Shown piece by piece: positions 50,800 through 63,249 of a stretch of 64,000 bases of DNA. Under the pieces are notes generated by a model, which saw only the letters and a list, made by a program, of their open reading frames with translations, did not search any database and was not told the DNA's origin. This DNA comes from Psammoneis japonica (taxonomy: Eukaryota), in the NCBI GenBank assembly GCA_008632985.1, contig QPGO01000070.1, forward strand, positions 186,001 through 250,000. The letters are read 5' to 3'. The position numbers and the translations under genes were made by a program. Numbering within the stretch: position 1 is the first letter of the stretch; every line of letters begins with the position of its first letter.

Positions 50800-52402
50800 A
50801 TGCAATCGATTAGCGATTACATCTCTATTATTAGCCTCAGGACGTCTGAGAGCATATTCTTGATCTCCCCGGAACTGAGGAACGACGAGCTGTTTTACAA
50901 AGAAACGGAACAAGTGCGTGAGCAACGAAACAACGAACCAAACTCCAAAACGTGGATATCATCGGGTCAGCAGCGTTGGGAGCTCGCCATGAAGCAGTGC
51001 TATGCCAAATTGGCAACGACCCTTCACCATCCGAAAATGGAAGAAATGTGGCACGACCTTCATGCATTGTACAGCAACGAGAGCGTTACTCAAGAGGAAC
51101 TACGACAAGGTCAAGAGGAACTTCTAGGCGCTCCGCTCAATGCTGGACACGACTTGGAAGATTTGGTTGGAGCGTATGGGCATTTGATGGGACAGTACAT
51201 GATTGACAATGTTTCGAGTCCAGCATGTCTCGACTGGCTTGACAATACGCAACACGTTGCACTCATGTTTGCCATTGCCGAGTCGGCTCGCAAAGTCTCC
51301 ATTGTCTTTGGAGACGAGGCAAAAATGTCTCCCACAGTCGTCTTGGCGTGTGAAGAATTTTATCGCGGCGTGGGCTTTGCCGAGGACGATTGCCCCGTTT
51401 ACGGGCGTCGCAGCTTCCCCACAAGATGTTTTGGATTTTTGCAAGAAAGCCTTGCGTGAAGACAAGACTTGGGAAAATGGGATGCGAGACTTTATAAGTC
51501 TTCAGTACCGTGGGACGGTACTCTACAGCGCTTCGCAGATGCTTGCTTCAAACGACAAGAGCTCCTTGGTGCATGCCGAGTGGGCAACTCGATTTATCGC
51601 CATGGCGGATGATGAGTGGAACGTGACGAAAAGCAAACAATACCGTCAGTACGGATGCAGTTTTCAACCTAGTTTTCGATTGGGCATCATGGCAGCAGAG
51701 CTCGACACAGTCAAGGAGGTGGGTAACATTTCAACCGGACAGCGTGATTATGAAAAGGAATGGAAGCTGGTCAGCGATATTGTTGCTCTGGAGAAGAGTA
51801 TGGATATTGATTGTGAATGCAAGATCCAAAACAGAGCTCTGTTTGATGCTATCTTTCGACGAAAGCCTTGTGCTTCAGCTCATGCTACCGCTGCGGAGTG
51901 CTTGTTGAAATTATCGGCAGGAGCGAGTGACGACGAGTGCGACAAGATCATGAAGCAGCTAGGTGGTGATGGTGAAGGGGGCCTTCCCCGTTTGCATGCC
52001 GCCGTTGCCAAACAATTCCACCTTGCCGCAACAACTGAGCTCCACGACGATGGAGCGACCCATCAGTTTTGGTGGGGATGCGCTGCAAGCATGGTTCGAG
52101 CAGGCGCCCTTAAAGGTGACGACAAGTCTAGTGGATACTGTTTGGGCGAATTCCGTCACGCCATTCGAATGGCAAAGGCTTCCAAACGCGTAAGGGACAC
52201 GGACTTCATTGATGATTTCGATTTCGCAGAAATCGTTGGTAAACACTTTGAACTTCAGGCTCGAGCGGTGGAGCGTCACTTTCGTCGTCAAGCAGACAGC
52301 TTAATGCTTCCTCAAGTAGAGCACAGACGCGGTCCAAGGAAGACCATTTCTTTGTTTATTGAAGACGTGTGCATTCTTCGGAACCTTAAACAAAAACTCT
52401 AG
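50800..52402 (+). CDS. Hypothetical helical protein split by one frameshift (about 51350-51400)
   Basis: Overlapping ORFs 50800-51459 and 51203-52402, both with protein-like composition. Confidence 0.55.
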
Positions 52403-52418
52403 TTTGCGGCACCCGGCA

Positions 52419-52583
52419 CATGTAGGATCTTAAAAAATGTAAATTGAAACTATTTATCACAAGTCTTTTCATAGGGAGAGAGAATTCACCTGTGATCATG
52501 TAGGATCTTAAAAAATGTAAGGAAATTGAAACTATAATTATCACAAGCCTTTTCATAAGGAGAGAGTATTCACCTGTGATCAT
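52419..52583. repeat. Two-copy tandem repeat, unit about 80 bp
   Basis: catgtaggatcttaaaaaatgtaa..ttcacctgtgat occurs twice. Confidence 0.9.
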
Positions 52584-52874
52584 TGTCGTCACTGCATTGT
52601 GATCGCAGTTGATTCACGGTTGGAAATGAACAAAAGTTGCTGAGCAGGATTGAAAGAGGCTTCAGGCAGGCTGGAAGCATCAACGACTGAACTTCAAACT
52701 CGCGACCACCTTCGCGCGCACCGGCACCCATGTTGCTGACGTGGCTTATGTGGTGACACGTAGAGTATACCAGAGTATGTTTTTGGTACAAAATAGTGTA
52801 TGTAGGGAATATATACAAAGTCTACGTGATACACGCGTCACACGAAGAAAATTGAACCATGAATTTTTTGCGCG

Positions 52875-54982
52875 ATGTCGCAAGTCAAAAGTCCAACACG
52901 ATCGACGATCGAACATCGAACACAAAAAATCACAGCGGAGGATATTCAGTGCCAGTTCAAGAGTTTATCGAAACCAACATCAATGCAAGTTCAAGGCGCA
53001 TTAGACAACCAGATGGAGATACATTCAACCGATGATGAGCCTCAAGCTGAGGAGTGGGTCGAATTCGAAGGGTCTCATCATTTCAAAACTGCGTTGCCCG
53101 ACAAGTCTGACACTCCAAAAGACACTGAAGAAGTTGGTACAAAAGAAGCTTCGCCCTCTGTGGATACGCCTACAACCGAGGCTGTCATGCGTGATTTAGA
53201 AGCAACCGAGGCTGCCATGCGTGATTTAAAAGAGTCGAAGAATCGAAAGGAAGATGCACAAACTGGAACAAACGGAGACACGTCATATCAAGAGAAAGTC
53301 GAGGATGTAGCTGATGCAGCTCATGCAACGGGAGAGTCATTACCAGAGAGTGCAGCAGAAACGCCACCCAAACCAAAAGTCGAAGAGCCCGAGAAAGAAG
53401 AGTCAGCCACAGATCCGAAACTTGATGTGATAGATACAGTTGCTGAACAAACAGTAGAAACCTCGGAAGAGCCAAAGGAGGCTGAGGAGCCAGAGGTACA
53501 AGAACCGGTCGTAGCGGAAGCCCCTGACGAGCCGACGGTTGTGGAGCCAGAGAAACAAAAACCGGCCGAGGATGAAACCCCTGAGGAGTCGAAGATTGAG
53601 GAGCCAGAGAAGAAAGAGTCGGTAGTAGCTGACACTTCTGAAGAGCCCAAGGTTGAAGGGCCTGAGAAAAACGAACAGGTCGTAGCTGAAACTTCTGAAG
53701 AGCCCAAGGTTGAGGAGCCGGAGGAGCAAGAACCTGCAGTTGCACCCACAGCCATCGTAAGCGACCCTGACGAATCTTTTGAAATTACGGAACAAGANGA
53801 ATCCCAGAGCAAGGACGAAGAATTTCAGAAGCGAAAAGTTTAGAAGATTCAAGCAGCAATATCAGTCAAGCATCAACTGATTCTGGTGTTCGTCGAATGA
53901 GCTCAAGCAGCAACATCAGTCAAGGGTCAACTGATTCTGGTGTTCGTCGAATGAGCCACATGGTTACACCGCCACGACAGAGAAAGGACCAAGATGATTC
54001 GATCATGCATCGCGGCAACTCTATTATTCTTGACATTACCTCGCCGCCTGATCTGATGCTGGAAAAGGCAAACCCAGAGAAGTCTCAGTCGGACATTCCC
54101 TCCCCAACCGAAAACCAGCGACCACAAGGCTTTGGGACTCCACCGCGAGTGCAAATCGGTGCCAAGCCACGAAAGCCATCGAAGACAGCATCGATTGATT
54201 GGTTCAAAACCACGCGCGACAAGGGAAAGGTCGACAGCCTTGTATTGACGGACAAGTCACAACGCAAGTTGGAGGTAACTACAGAAGAGGTGGCTGCGGA
54301 TCCGGAATATGGACACGCAGAAGAGACTGTTGCTGTGTTCAATGCAAATAGTCCTGAGGGTTCGCTGACTGTCAAAGCTTTATCAAAGAGAGGATGCAAT
54401 GTAGTTGCAGTTGTGCGAGTCTTTACCAGTCAAAATACAAAGTTGCTCCTTCGGTTACCGAGAGTTACAGTGAAGGTTGCGGACTCCCATGATCGAACGG
54501 CCTTGGCAAAGTAAGTTTGGACTCTGTATTTATGTTGTTGTCGAGTTTGATTCAAATCGTACCTCACTTTTAAAATGGTCGTTCTCCCGTAACTTTAGCG
54601 CAATTAAAGGGGCAGACCGAGCGATTCTGGTAACAAAGTATTGGGAACGGTTCGAAAGTCGACTCGAGGAAACGCAAGCGGACATTATCATTGATGCATG
54701 CCATGATGTAGGCGTGCCACACGTTGTGTTTAGTACGTACGAAGACATCAAAGCACTTAGTCGCAGTGGCAAAAAATCTCAAATTGTTCCGAATCAGGCG
54801 GGCAATGTGGAACCTAGCTTTGAAGGAATGAAGGCTGCCAAAGAGAAAGCCGAGAGTTATGATATTCTCCTCACACACATGATGACGTCGTATCTCGACA
54901 AAGAAAAGACAAAGAAATCGCTTTGCCTGCTTCTAGCGGAAAGGGAAAAGTTATTGTGAAGCCGTATTTCAAGGATGTTTAA
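52875..54982 (+). CDS. Protein with long Glu/Pro-rich repeats and a C-terminal NmrA-like Rossmann domain
   Basis: EEPKVEEPE repeats; the frame changes at the N at 53798. VAVFNANSPEGSLTVKAL..VVAVVR; intron 54511-54598; AIKGADRAILVTKYWE..GVPHVVFST. 54-bp tandem duplication at about 53850-53957. Confidence 0.7.
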
Positions 54983-55148
54983 CCATGTGCTGGACGATCT
55001 CTGTGTTTTTGGACAGTTTGGGGGTGGGGTGGATTCATGGTCGGGACCGGTTTGGCCGGGTGGGGATAGAAAAGCCCGGTCGTAGGCCATAGATACATAC
55101 TTTGCGCATCTTGGAGGAGATGGTACTTTATGTGTTGTTACATTCTAT

Positions 55149-57504
55149 TTAGACAGTGCGTATAACTGGCATTTTCAAACTTTCCGATGAGTTTGAGGAC
55201 CCCCTTCTCTTTTTTGTAGCCTTGGATTTCGATTCAAATACCCGTGGAGATTCTGAGTCTACGTTTGTGTCAGCCTCTACAAATTGAGGCCCACCGAAGT
55301 GAAGGCCTAACCAGCTAAAAAGTAGCTGAGCACCAGATAGTTTTGCGAGGCTCGTCATCACATTAGAGTAGTCCACTCCCTCAAGGCCCAGCACCCTCAG
55401 TATCTCGTTACCGTCCTTCACCATGGCAAAAGCTCCAATCTTTGGCAAGTCGCGTAACCGTTGCCACGAGAATCGTTTCCCAGAGTCTTCAAATGTCATG
55501 TCTTTGAACTCAGCCACACAAAGAGCTTCGATCGCCCATTTTATGGGACTAATTGTTTTGAGGAAACGAATGACCGCTGGCGGTGGGTGGGATGTATCAA
55601 CACCACTTGGATTGATGATACTAACGCACATTAAGATGACAAGGTAGGGTCCACCTGATGCGAAAGCCACTTCCGGAGTTGGCGAGATGCTTCCGAATGC
55701 AAAACCAAGAGACGCGCCTGCAACCGTCACTAGGGAAAAAGTACCCACAAGCTGCGATAACGATATTCGCAATCCAGTTACGGATTTCAGGACTGCGGCA
55801 AATATGGCAGCAAAACAAGTGTCCAAAGGTAGTTCAGCAACTGCCTTTGCCAACAAATACTCCCAGCTACTGTACTGTTTTCTAGTTTGTTCACGCAGCA
55901 CGACGCCTCTCTCCTTCGAAAACAGATCAAGAGTCTTCATCAAAGCCACCTTCATTTCAACATCGATCAAGCGAATACATGTCAGTATGAAATTTGTGAA
56001 AGATACCGTATCTAATAATTTCACAATCTTGTCTCAATAAAGAGAAAACACTTACCATGCACATGTTGACAACACCAAAAGAAAGCAATGCTGCGCGGTC
56101 CGCAACACCCACGGCAGTCGGAACACCCTTTCCAACGCTCTTAAAGACTTGAGATAACAGGAACGCCTGTCCAACAGATGCTATGAGTCGCAGAATATTT
56201 ATCTTGCCATTCCGAACATTTTGTCTCAGCGACCTCAATAAAAGCGCACTGAACCGTCGCAGAGGTCGAAACGGTGCTCTTGATTTCGTTAAGGGCCTGG
56301 AAACTGTAGCCTCTCCTGTATCTGACGGGCGATCACTTCGTTGTTTCGCCATGTGCTTTGTAAAAGCATCATGCAGTTCAATTATTCTCTGAACATCTTT
56401 CTCTTGCTGAAATGGATCTTCGGTATCAATCGACACCAGATCTATAAAGAACTCTGCAGGATTGGTTTCAGACGGGCATTCATAGCCGAGCCTTGTAAAA
56501 TACTTGGTAGCTTCTTGTCGACTTCCCATGTAGCAGATACGTCCACCAGGTGCCATTAGAATGAAAGAGTCCAACAGTTTCCAGATTGATGCACGTGGCT
56601 GGTGCAACGAAACGACACTGGGTATGTTTCTTTGCCTCGCCAGTTCTAGAATGAGATTCACAACCTTTTGTGCCTGCGTCGAGTCTAGTCCCGTTGTCGC
56701 CTCATCTGCTAGAAAGAGTCGAGGGGATGTGATTAGTTCCAAGGCAACAGACAAGCGTCGGCGTTCTCCGCCACTGAGTCCCTGGCGGCTTAGAGTACGG
56801 TCACCAATCGAACGATGCTGCACACTCGACAATCCCAACCCGTACAAGCTCTTGTCGACAATGGCATCTCGTTCGCGCTGACTAGCAGAGGTGGCAATTC
56901 CAAAAACGCAGCAAGCTCTATTGTTTCTCTGACTGTTAACATGTTGAAAAAGATATCATGCTGCTGCAAAAATGCAACCTCGCCCGAACTGCAAACAAAA
57001 GGTGAGACGCACAAGAGCACGTGGTTGTGCAAGAAACAGCAAAACAGAAACGTACCGAATTGACAGTTTTGATTTTGTACCATTGGAATTCTCCATCCAA
57101 ACTGATCCTTCTATACTCAAACCCGAGTGCTTCGAAGTAGTTCCCGCTAAAGCAGCAAGAAGAGTGCTTTTTCCTGGGGTGGACAAAACGATGGGAAAAA
57201 GTGCGGATTTCAGCAGGAACCCAACAGTAGCAGAGGGTTTATATTATTGAAACGAGCTTCTCTCACCTGCACCACTTGGACCGAGGATACCACACATGCG
57301 GCCATTTTCGACACTTCCAGTTGACGGATGTAATATGTAATTTCGATCAGTTTCTCCTCCTGATGAGGATGTGTACACGTTTAGCCCGTCCCAGTGGATG
57401 CCACCACCTCCGTTATTGTCGGGCTCGTCACGCTGTGCGACTGCCAAGCAGCAACATCCCAAAAGAATACCGACAGCAAAGAAGACATAGACGGCACGAG
57501 TCAT
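55149..57504 (-). CDS. ABCG (White family) half transporter, multi-exon
   Basis: GILGPSGAG|KSTLL, FLQQHD..LTVRETI, LSGGERRRLSVALELI..LFLADEATTGLDS, SLHQPR, NPAEFFIDL, ABC2 membrane domain. One apparent frameshift at about 56890. Confidence 0.9.
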
Positions 57505-57916
57505 GAATTTAAACAGCATGTCATCGATTACATATGCACATCGATAAGTCGACAGCAGAGTTGTCAATCAACACGTGTTCCGTCGATTGTCTGTGAGATG
57601 CGAGATGCCGAAGGGGTGCGGTATCTTTTATCGTCGGATTTCCCTCCGAGCTGAAACCATGGGCACGTAAAAATATGCGTGATTTTTGTACTAACAACAA
57701 GTTCAACATGACGTCACCCTCATTCTTCTGCTCAAGCGTTTTCAGTTCCCCCAAACGTTTTTCGTGTTGGTTGCCCGCCACTTTTTTTAGTTCGTTGCGT
57801 TGTAGCACCCCTAGCTAGCTAGAGGACTTGCACTCTTGTCGTTTTCCTTCCTTTGTTCTGTTCTCTAGAGTGTCAAAAGCGAGGTATGAATTCAATGAGA
57901 CTAAACGCAATCAGAA

Positions 57917-58707
57917 ATGTGCTTGAATTGCGAGACTTGCCTCGCACTTATTTTTTGGAGGACTGCTCGGACCGTACTTGCAGCTGCGGCGGCTGCGACG
58001 GCCTTGACCGTGACGGCGGAAACGACAACAACAACACCGTCGACTGCTTTTGTTGGCGGTGGAAGAAATTCACCCAGAAAGAAAACACATGATGGAATGT
58101 CGCTCCCGCATGTCGGCAGGTCTGGTTTCTTGCGACCCCCGAGCATTGTAACGTACTGCGAAGCATCCAATGTACAACTCTTTGAAAATGCAACGAGCGA
58201 CGGAGTTTCACCATCTTTTCATTATGAACGCATGCCGCCTCCACCAAGGTCTCTGGCGTCGTCTCATGCCATTTTTGGGCACTTGCTGAAGCCAAACCTA
58301 CTCGAACGTTACAATGTCTATCGGCGTGTCTATATTGATGATGATTCCAACAAGCCAGAAGAAGGTCACGAAGAAGTTGTAGTTGTAGATTTGGGATTTG
58401 GAATGAATCTGAATGGGCCTGAGGATATTGTTCATGGAGGTATTCTTGCCTTGATTATCGACGATTCCATGGGTTTTGCCTTTGAAGCAATGGGAATACG
58501 CATGGCCTTTACCGCCAATCTAAACATTGACTACCGCCAACCAGTCCCTGCCGGTGTGTCTGCCGTGCTGCGGATATATCACAAGGAAACAATTGGTCGA
58601 AAGCTATACTTTGAAGCAAAATTGACAAGCCCAGACGGAAGTGTGCTGTATGCCGAAGGATCCGGCCTTTTTATTTTGCCAAAGGACCAAAGTCAAAGTG
58701 ACGGATA
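57917..58707 (+). CDS. Hotdog-fold acyl-CoA thioesterase (THEM4/PaaI-like)
   Basis: LNGPEDIVHGGILALIIDDSMG..FTANLNIDYRQPV..GRKLYFEAKL..LYAEGSGLFI. Confidence 0.9.
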
Positions 58708-58964
58708 ACTCAAGCGACACCCTGCAGTTGAATTTATGTAAAGGCAGAGACTTCTTGATTCAATGGGGGGTTTTGAACGCTTTGTCGAGCGCAGCAAGGC
58801 CTACTATGGTATGCTGTAGATACTTTAAAAATTTGTTCAATGCTTAATGAATCTGCTATAGCTCTTTACAAAATTGTTTCGTTATGCGTAGTAAGTAGCT
58901 GTCCGCTTTTATGTTGGTAGCGCGGCGTTGTCGTGTTGCAATGGGCAGGCGTGTGCACTCTAAG

Positions 58965-60337
58965 TTATTGTCGCCCTTGAACCATGCGGTTGGAATTATT
59001 TACAGTGCCCGAATTGGACAGTTGGTTTCGTCTGAGAACAAACAATACTTTGAGAAAGTCTTCAAGAGTCAAACGCTCTTGGACGCCCAAGGAATCCATG
59101 AGATTGTCCATGCGTTCACGCGATGGTTGGTTGGTGCTGTTCATAAAGGCGTAATTCACTGCCCGTCGTACATCAAAGCGCGAGAGCGTTCCCTTGTGTT
59201 CATGATCAAAATTGAAGTAAAAGCGCTTCATAAATTCAAATGTGTTTTCGTCCAAGGTCATCTTTGGCCCGAAAAAATCTTGTAAGGAGTCCTCAATTTC
59301 GTCTCGACTGGTTGTGGTGCCGCCACTTTGAAGAGCAGCCTCTGTATAGTCCATTTGGTTGTTTACCTTTATCCATGTTTGTACAAAGACATGTGCGTCG
59401 TAGAGGACATGTCCAATAATGCACGGCAAGATGTCTCCACCAGCCAGCAGATACACAATTCCGTACCAAAGACCATTTAAAGTGTGCAGCATGCAAACCA
59501 CTCGATTCTCACCCGCTGAAGCTCGTTTCGAGCAGTGCGACAGCCCAAATATTGTAGCTTGACCAATAAGTGCAGGAAACGTCGAATGGTTACTCAGAAG
59601 ATAGAGTAGGGAAGGTAACTCTCCTCGAAACACAATCTCTTCGATAAATCCGGTGACAAGGGTAAGGAGCGCCACCATTGGCAAAACGTGCATAATCGTT
59701 TGACTATGAATTTCGGGATGTGGCTCGTTGTTCGAGGAAAACAGTTTGTTTCGTCGTCCAAACAAAGTCATGACAATGTGATTGGTGGAGAAACTTGCGT
59801 GGCTTTCGTCACGTCCGTCGGAGTTGTCCACCAGAGTTCCCAAATAAATCATGGGTATCGCCGTCAAGATGCCTTCGACCACTCGGAGTGGTGTCAGTGA
59901 CCAGTCAAAAAGCGACGAAAAGCCGGCTTGGTCGGCATTCCAGTGCAAGGCATTAAAGTCGAAAGAGTTCTGAGTGAGAAATAGCCCAACAAACGTAATC
60001 ACGGATGCAACCACCAACGTCAAGAGTTGCGACACTACAATCACACTTGTTAGGGGAACGCCTGTCCGGCTTGTTTTCTCACTCGAGGGATTTACCATCG
60101 TGGGCGCCGGAGGAGCATGGTGACTCTTTGTATCGACAACACCGACAGCAGCAACCGCAGTTTCAGCTTCATCATGTCGGTTCGATACGACAGGGGAGAA
60201 CAACGCGGCGGCTGTTGTACTGAAACCACAGGAGCGATTCCCCTTACACGGGATCCAACAAGAAAGCCGTTTGACTCTTGCATCAACAATGATACGGTGA
60301 GAACCAGCAACAGGGTGTTGCGAAACCGGCACGCCAT
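58965..60337 (-). CDS. CPBP/CAAX (Abi) intramembrane metalloprotease with C-terminal EF-hand-like region
   Basis: EEIVFRG, IFGLSH, GHVLYD motifs; FDHEHKGTLSRFDV. The signal peptide starting at 60337 is in another frame (frameshift at about 60220). Confidence 0.85.
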
Positions 60338-60689
60338 CGTGAATACGAAAGGTTCTTGGTCAGCCTTTCAGTCTCGAAAAATGGTAACTTGTTAGTAGAT
60401 TATAGCCGCTAGAATTCGTTGATTGTGTGGCAAATTTGATCAAAAAGTGTGGCGATGACATGTGATGATGTTTTACTTTTTCAGCTTTCGTGTCACACGT
60501 GTCAGCCTCGCGGTATTTTCGTTGGCTCTTCGTTCGATGTTGACACCCGTGTGACACCAAAATTCGATTTTGAAAATAACGGTCAACTAATAATATCTTA
60601 ATTTATGAATATATAATAAAAATTAGACAAAATGTCTCTTAACGTTGTGACTTGTCTTATGACCGGACACTTCAACTTCACATGAGTCC

Positions 60690-63050
60690 TCGTGAATGGC
60701 TGATAACTCACCGATCACAAGATTAGATGATTCGAGCTGCAAGACGCTTTTTCAACATCATCAGTTTCTTTCCTTTGTGGGGGGAACCTGTGTGCGCCAC
60801 AGGATCCAACGGAGTGACCCATCCCCGGTGCTTTCGGCAGAGGTGGCTCATCTCTGGAATGAGAATGAGAGGTGTGGGAGGTGCCTTGTGCACCAGCCCA
60901 AAACAAAGATCATGTGCTTCGCGCCAGCGAACTCCACCTCAAACCAAAAGCTGGTGCGAGAGTTGGGGGGAAGATGGAGACTGAAAGGTGCACTCATGCT
61001 GCTCTCTGGTGGATGGCTTTGGGGTGGGGGGGTGGGGGCAGCTTGTGTTTGCCCCTGCGTGCCGTGGCCTGTGCCTCGCCACAGCTTTTGCACTCGCAGT
61101 CATCAGCTGCAGCACCAGCCAAGTGAATGGAGCAATTTGTTTGCTGCTGCAGCGCTGGTGTGCCATTCTTCAAGGGAGCAGCCAGCTGTTGTGGTGGAGT
61201 CAAAGCACACCACAAAATGTGTCAGAGCTTGTGTGAGCACCATTTTCGCCATCTTTGTGATCAAGGACATCCAAACGGCCATTGCCCATGTGCACAAACA
61301 CAAAACACACCAGTGGTTGCACAAGCATGAGTGATTTCATTGTTGACAACAGTGCCAGCAAGCGCCTTTTCACAATGGTGCAGAAGCCATCAAATCAAGA
61401 CACACACTTGGTGTCCTCCCTCTTGATCGTTGCAACTGCTGTTTGCAGGAAACATGTCTTTTTGCATGTGCACCCATGTTGCCTTTGTTTCAATGCATGA
61501 AAACAGCATTGCCATCCATGTCCAGGGGCCAGGCTCAAAAAATTCTTCCACTCGCACTCCACTTGCCATCTCAACCACGTCAGATGAGAAAAGCAATGGA
61601 GGCAACCACTTTCATGAAAAGGAAAAGACATTTGCTTTCCATTCCAGCAAGGAATGAAAAGTGCAGCAAATGCCTCAGCAATTTGGCACAGATGGCATCC
61701 AGGTGTTTGTGTCTTTCATCTCTCACAAGTCTGTGCACAGTGTGGCAGGGTTTCTTGTCATCAACTTGGGGCCCATTTCTCAACCATTGAGAGGCTTGTG
61801 CTGCATCAGGTGGATGTTCTTTGGGCTGGGGCAGACAATGAATGCTGAGCTAAAAGTTGGACCATCCCTGATGCAGTTCCATTGAAAGCAAACACCACCT
61901 TGCTGCTGCTTTTTACAAGAGTGGCAGGGATGAAAAAGTTGTTGCTGCCCCAATCTTTCCACCATGTGCAGTGTTTTGTGAGAGACCACCATGGTTTGCC
62001 CCATGCAGCAGCAAGTGCATCCTTCTTGCAGTTGTTGTCCAACCAACAATGATCCACCATGAGATCATGAAGGTGTGGAACAAGATCAATGGGAAGGGCA
62101 ACTCTCTGGCCTGCGCAAAAGGGGCATCGACCTCAGCTCCCTTTTTTGAGTCCAGTGCCAGCTTGTTGTGTGGCCTTGCAGCTGGTCATTTTTACACCAG
62201 AGTCTTGCTCCTTTTCAACCAGATGCCAGTTGAATGGTTTTTCAAGTGCCAGAAACATGTCAAGACAATGGCTGCACATGAAACTGCTTTGTCCGTGTTT
62301 TTGTTTGAACCAGCCAGATGTCAACCAAAAATGTGACCAAAAATGGTGTGTGTGCAGCAGGCGGAGAGCCATGAAGAGATCCCAAATGAAGAGCTGGGCA
62401 GAGAAGAGACCAACTCACCACAACCACTGCAGCTCCAATGTTTTCAACTGGAGAGCCTCCAGTGTGGGCCAGCTTTTTTCATGGACTCGACAGCACACAC
62501 GCGCACACAATCAACCAGTGTCTCGACCCGATGCTCTTTTGCTGCAACTCCTTTGCATGCCAACATCTGCTGCAGTGCCAAGAATTGTCATTGTCCCACC
62601 TCTTGTCTGGCAAACTGATCTGCCAGTGCTTTTGACAAAAAGGCCATCTCTTTGTGGGGGTGTGCTGCTGCCTCCTTTTGCACACCACCAGTCGGTCCCA
62701 GGTGGTCATGAGGATTTGCTTGACACTGACATGTCATGCCTCAACTCAGAATTTCAGCCAAATTGCAGCCAAAAGCTGGCAAGAGTTTTGGAACAGGGAG
62801 GCCGATGGGTCAGTGCTGCTGTGTGACAGGCTTCTTGAGAAAGGGGGAGAAAAAGGGCTGGAGAGGAGGTGAGAGCTTGTGTGGTCTCCACTCTTGTCCC
62901 CCTTTGTGTGGGCAGAGCCTTGGCCTGTGCTTCTCACAGCTTTGGCATGGTGGGTGCTTGTAGTCATCAGATGCAGCGCTGGCCATGTAAGAGAACACAG
63001 ACCAACTTGTGTTTGCTGTTTGCTGCAGTTCCAATGCCACATTGGGGGCA
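60690..63050. other. TpA/CpG-depleted hypermutated block E
   Basis: TA nearly absent, bounded by TA-rich DNA at 60590-60620 and 63085-63100. Confidence 0.9.
61230..61850 (+). pseudogene. Hypermutated copy of the upstream region and exon 1 of the neighbouring gene (63070-63680)
   Basis: Collinear alignment, e.g. ggtggatgttctttgggctggggcagacaa vs ggcggatattctttgggctggagtagacaa. Confidence 0.9.
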
Positions 63051-63249
63051 CACAGTAGATAGACGCGGTGGTGTGAGCATGTTCAACATATATAATGTAT
63101 GGCATTGAATAAACGTATTTTCGCGATCTTTGCGATCAAGATTCAAGATACCCACACCTAATACCGCGTACCATCCAAAGTTGCAAGTATCACCTTCATT
63201 GTTGACAACAACAAGCAGCTTTTCACAACGACGTGAAAGCCATCGCATC

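Noticed and set aside
52419..52583. CRISPR-like array
   Set aside because: A two-unit tandem duplication without spacers, in eukaryotic DNA with no cas genes.
53185..53852. Minus-strand ORFs of 149-186 aa
   Set aside because: Antisense shadows of the Glu/Pro-rich plus-strand repeat coding region.
8800..63050. Classical fungal RIP as the cause of the blocks
   Set aside because: RIP increases TpA and lowers GC. Here TpA is lost and CpA/TpG is gained.
8800..63050. Foreign DNA or an alternative genetic code in the blocks
   Set aside because: The blocks contain altered copies of adjacent native sequence and frameshifted TE remnants, and conserved catalytic motifs are destroyed.
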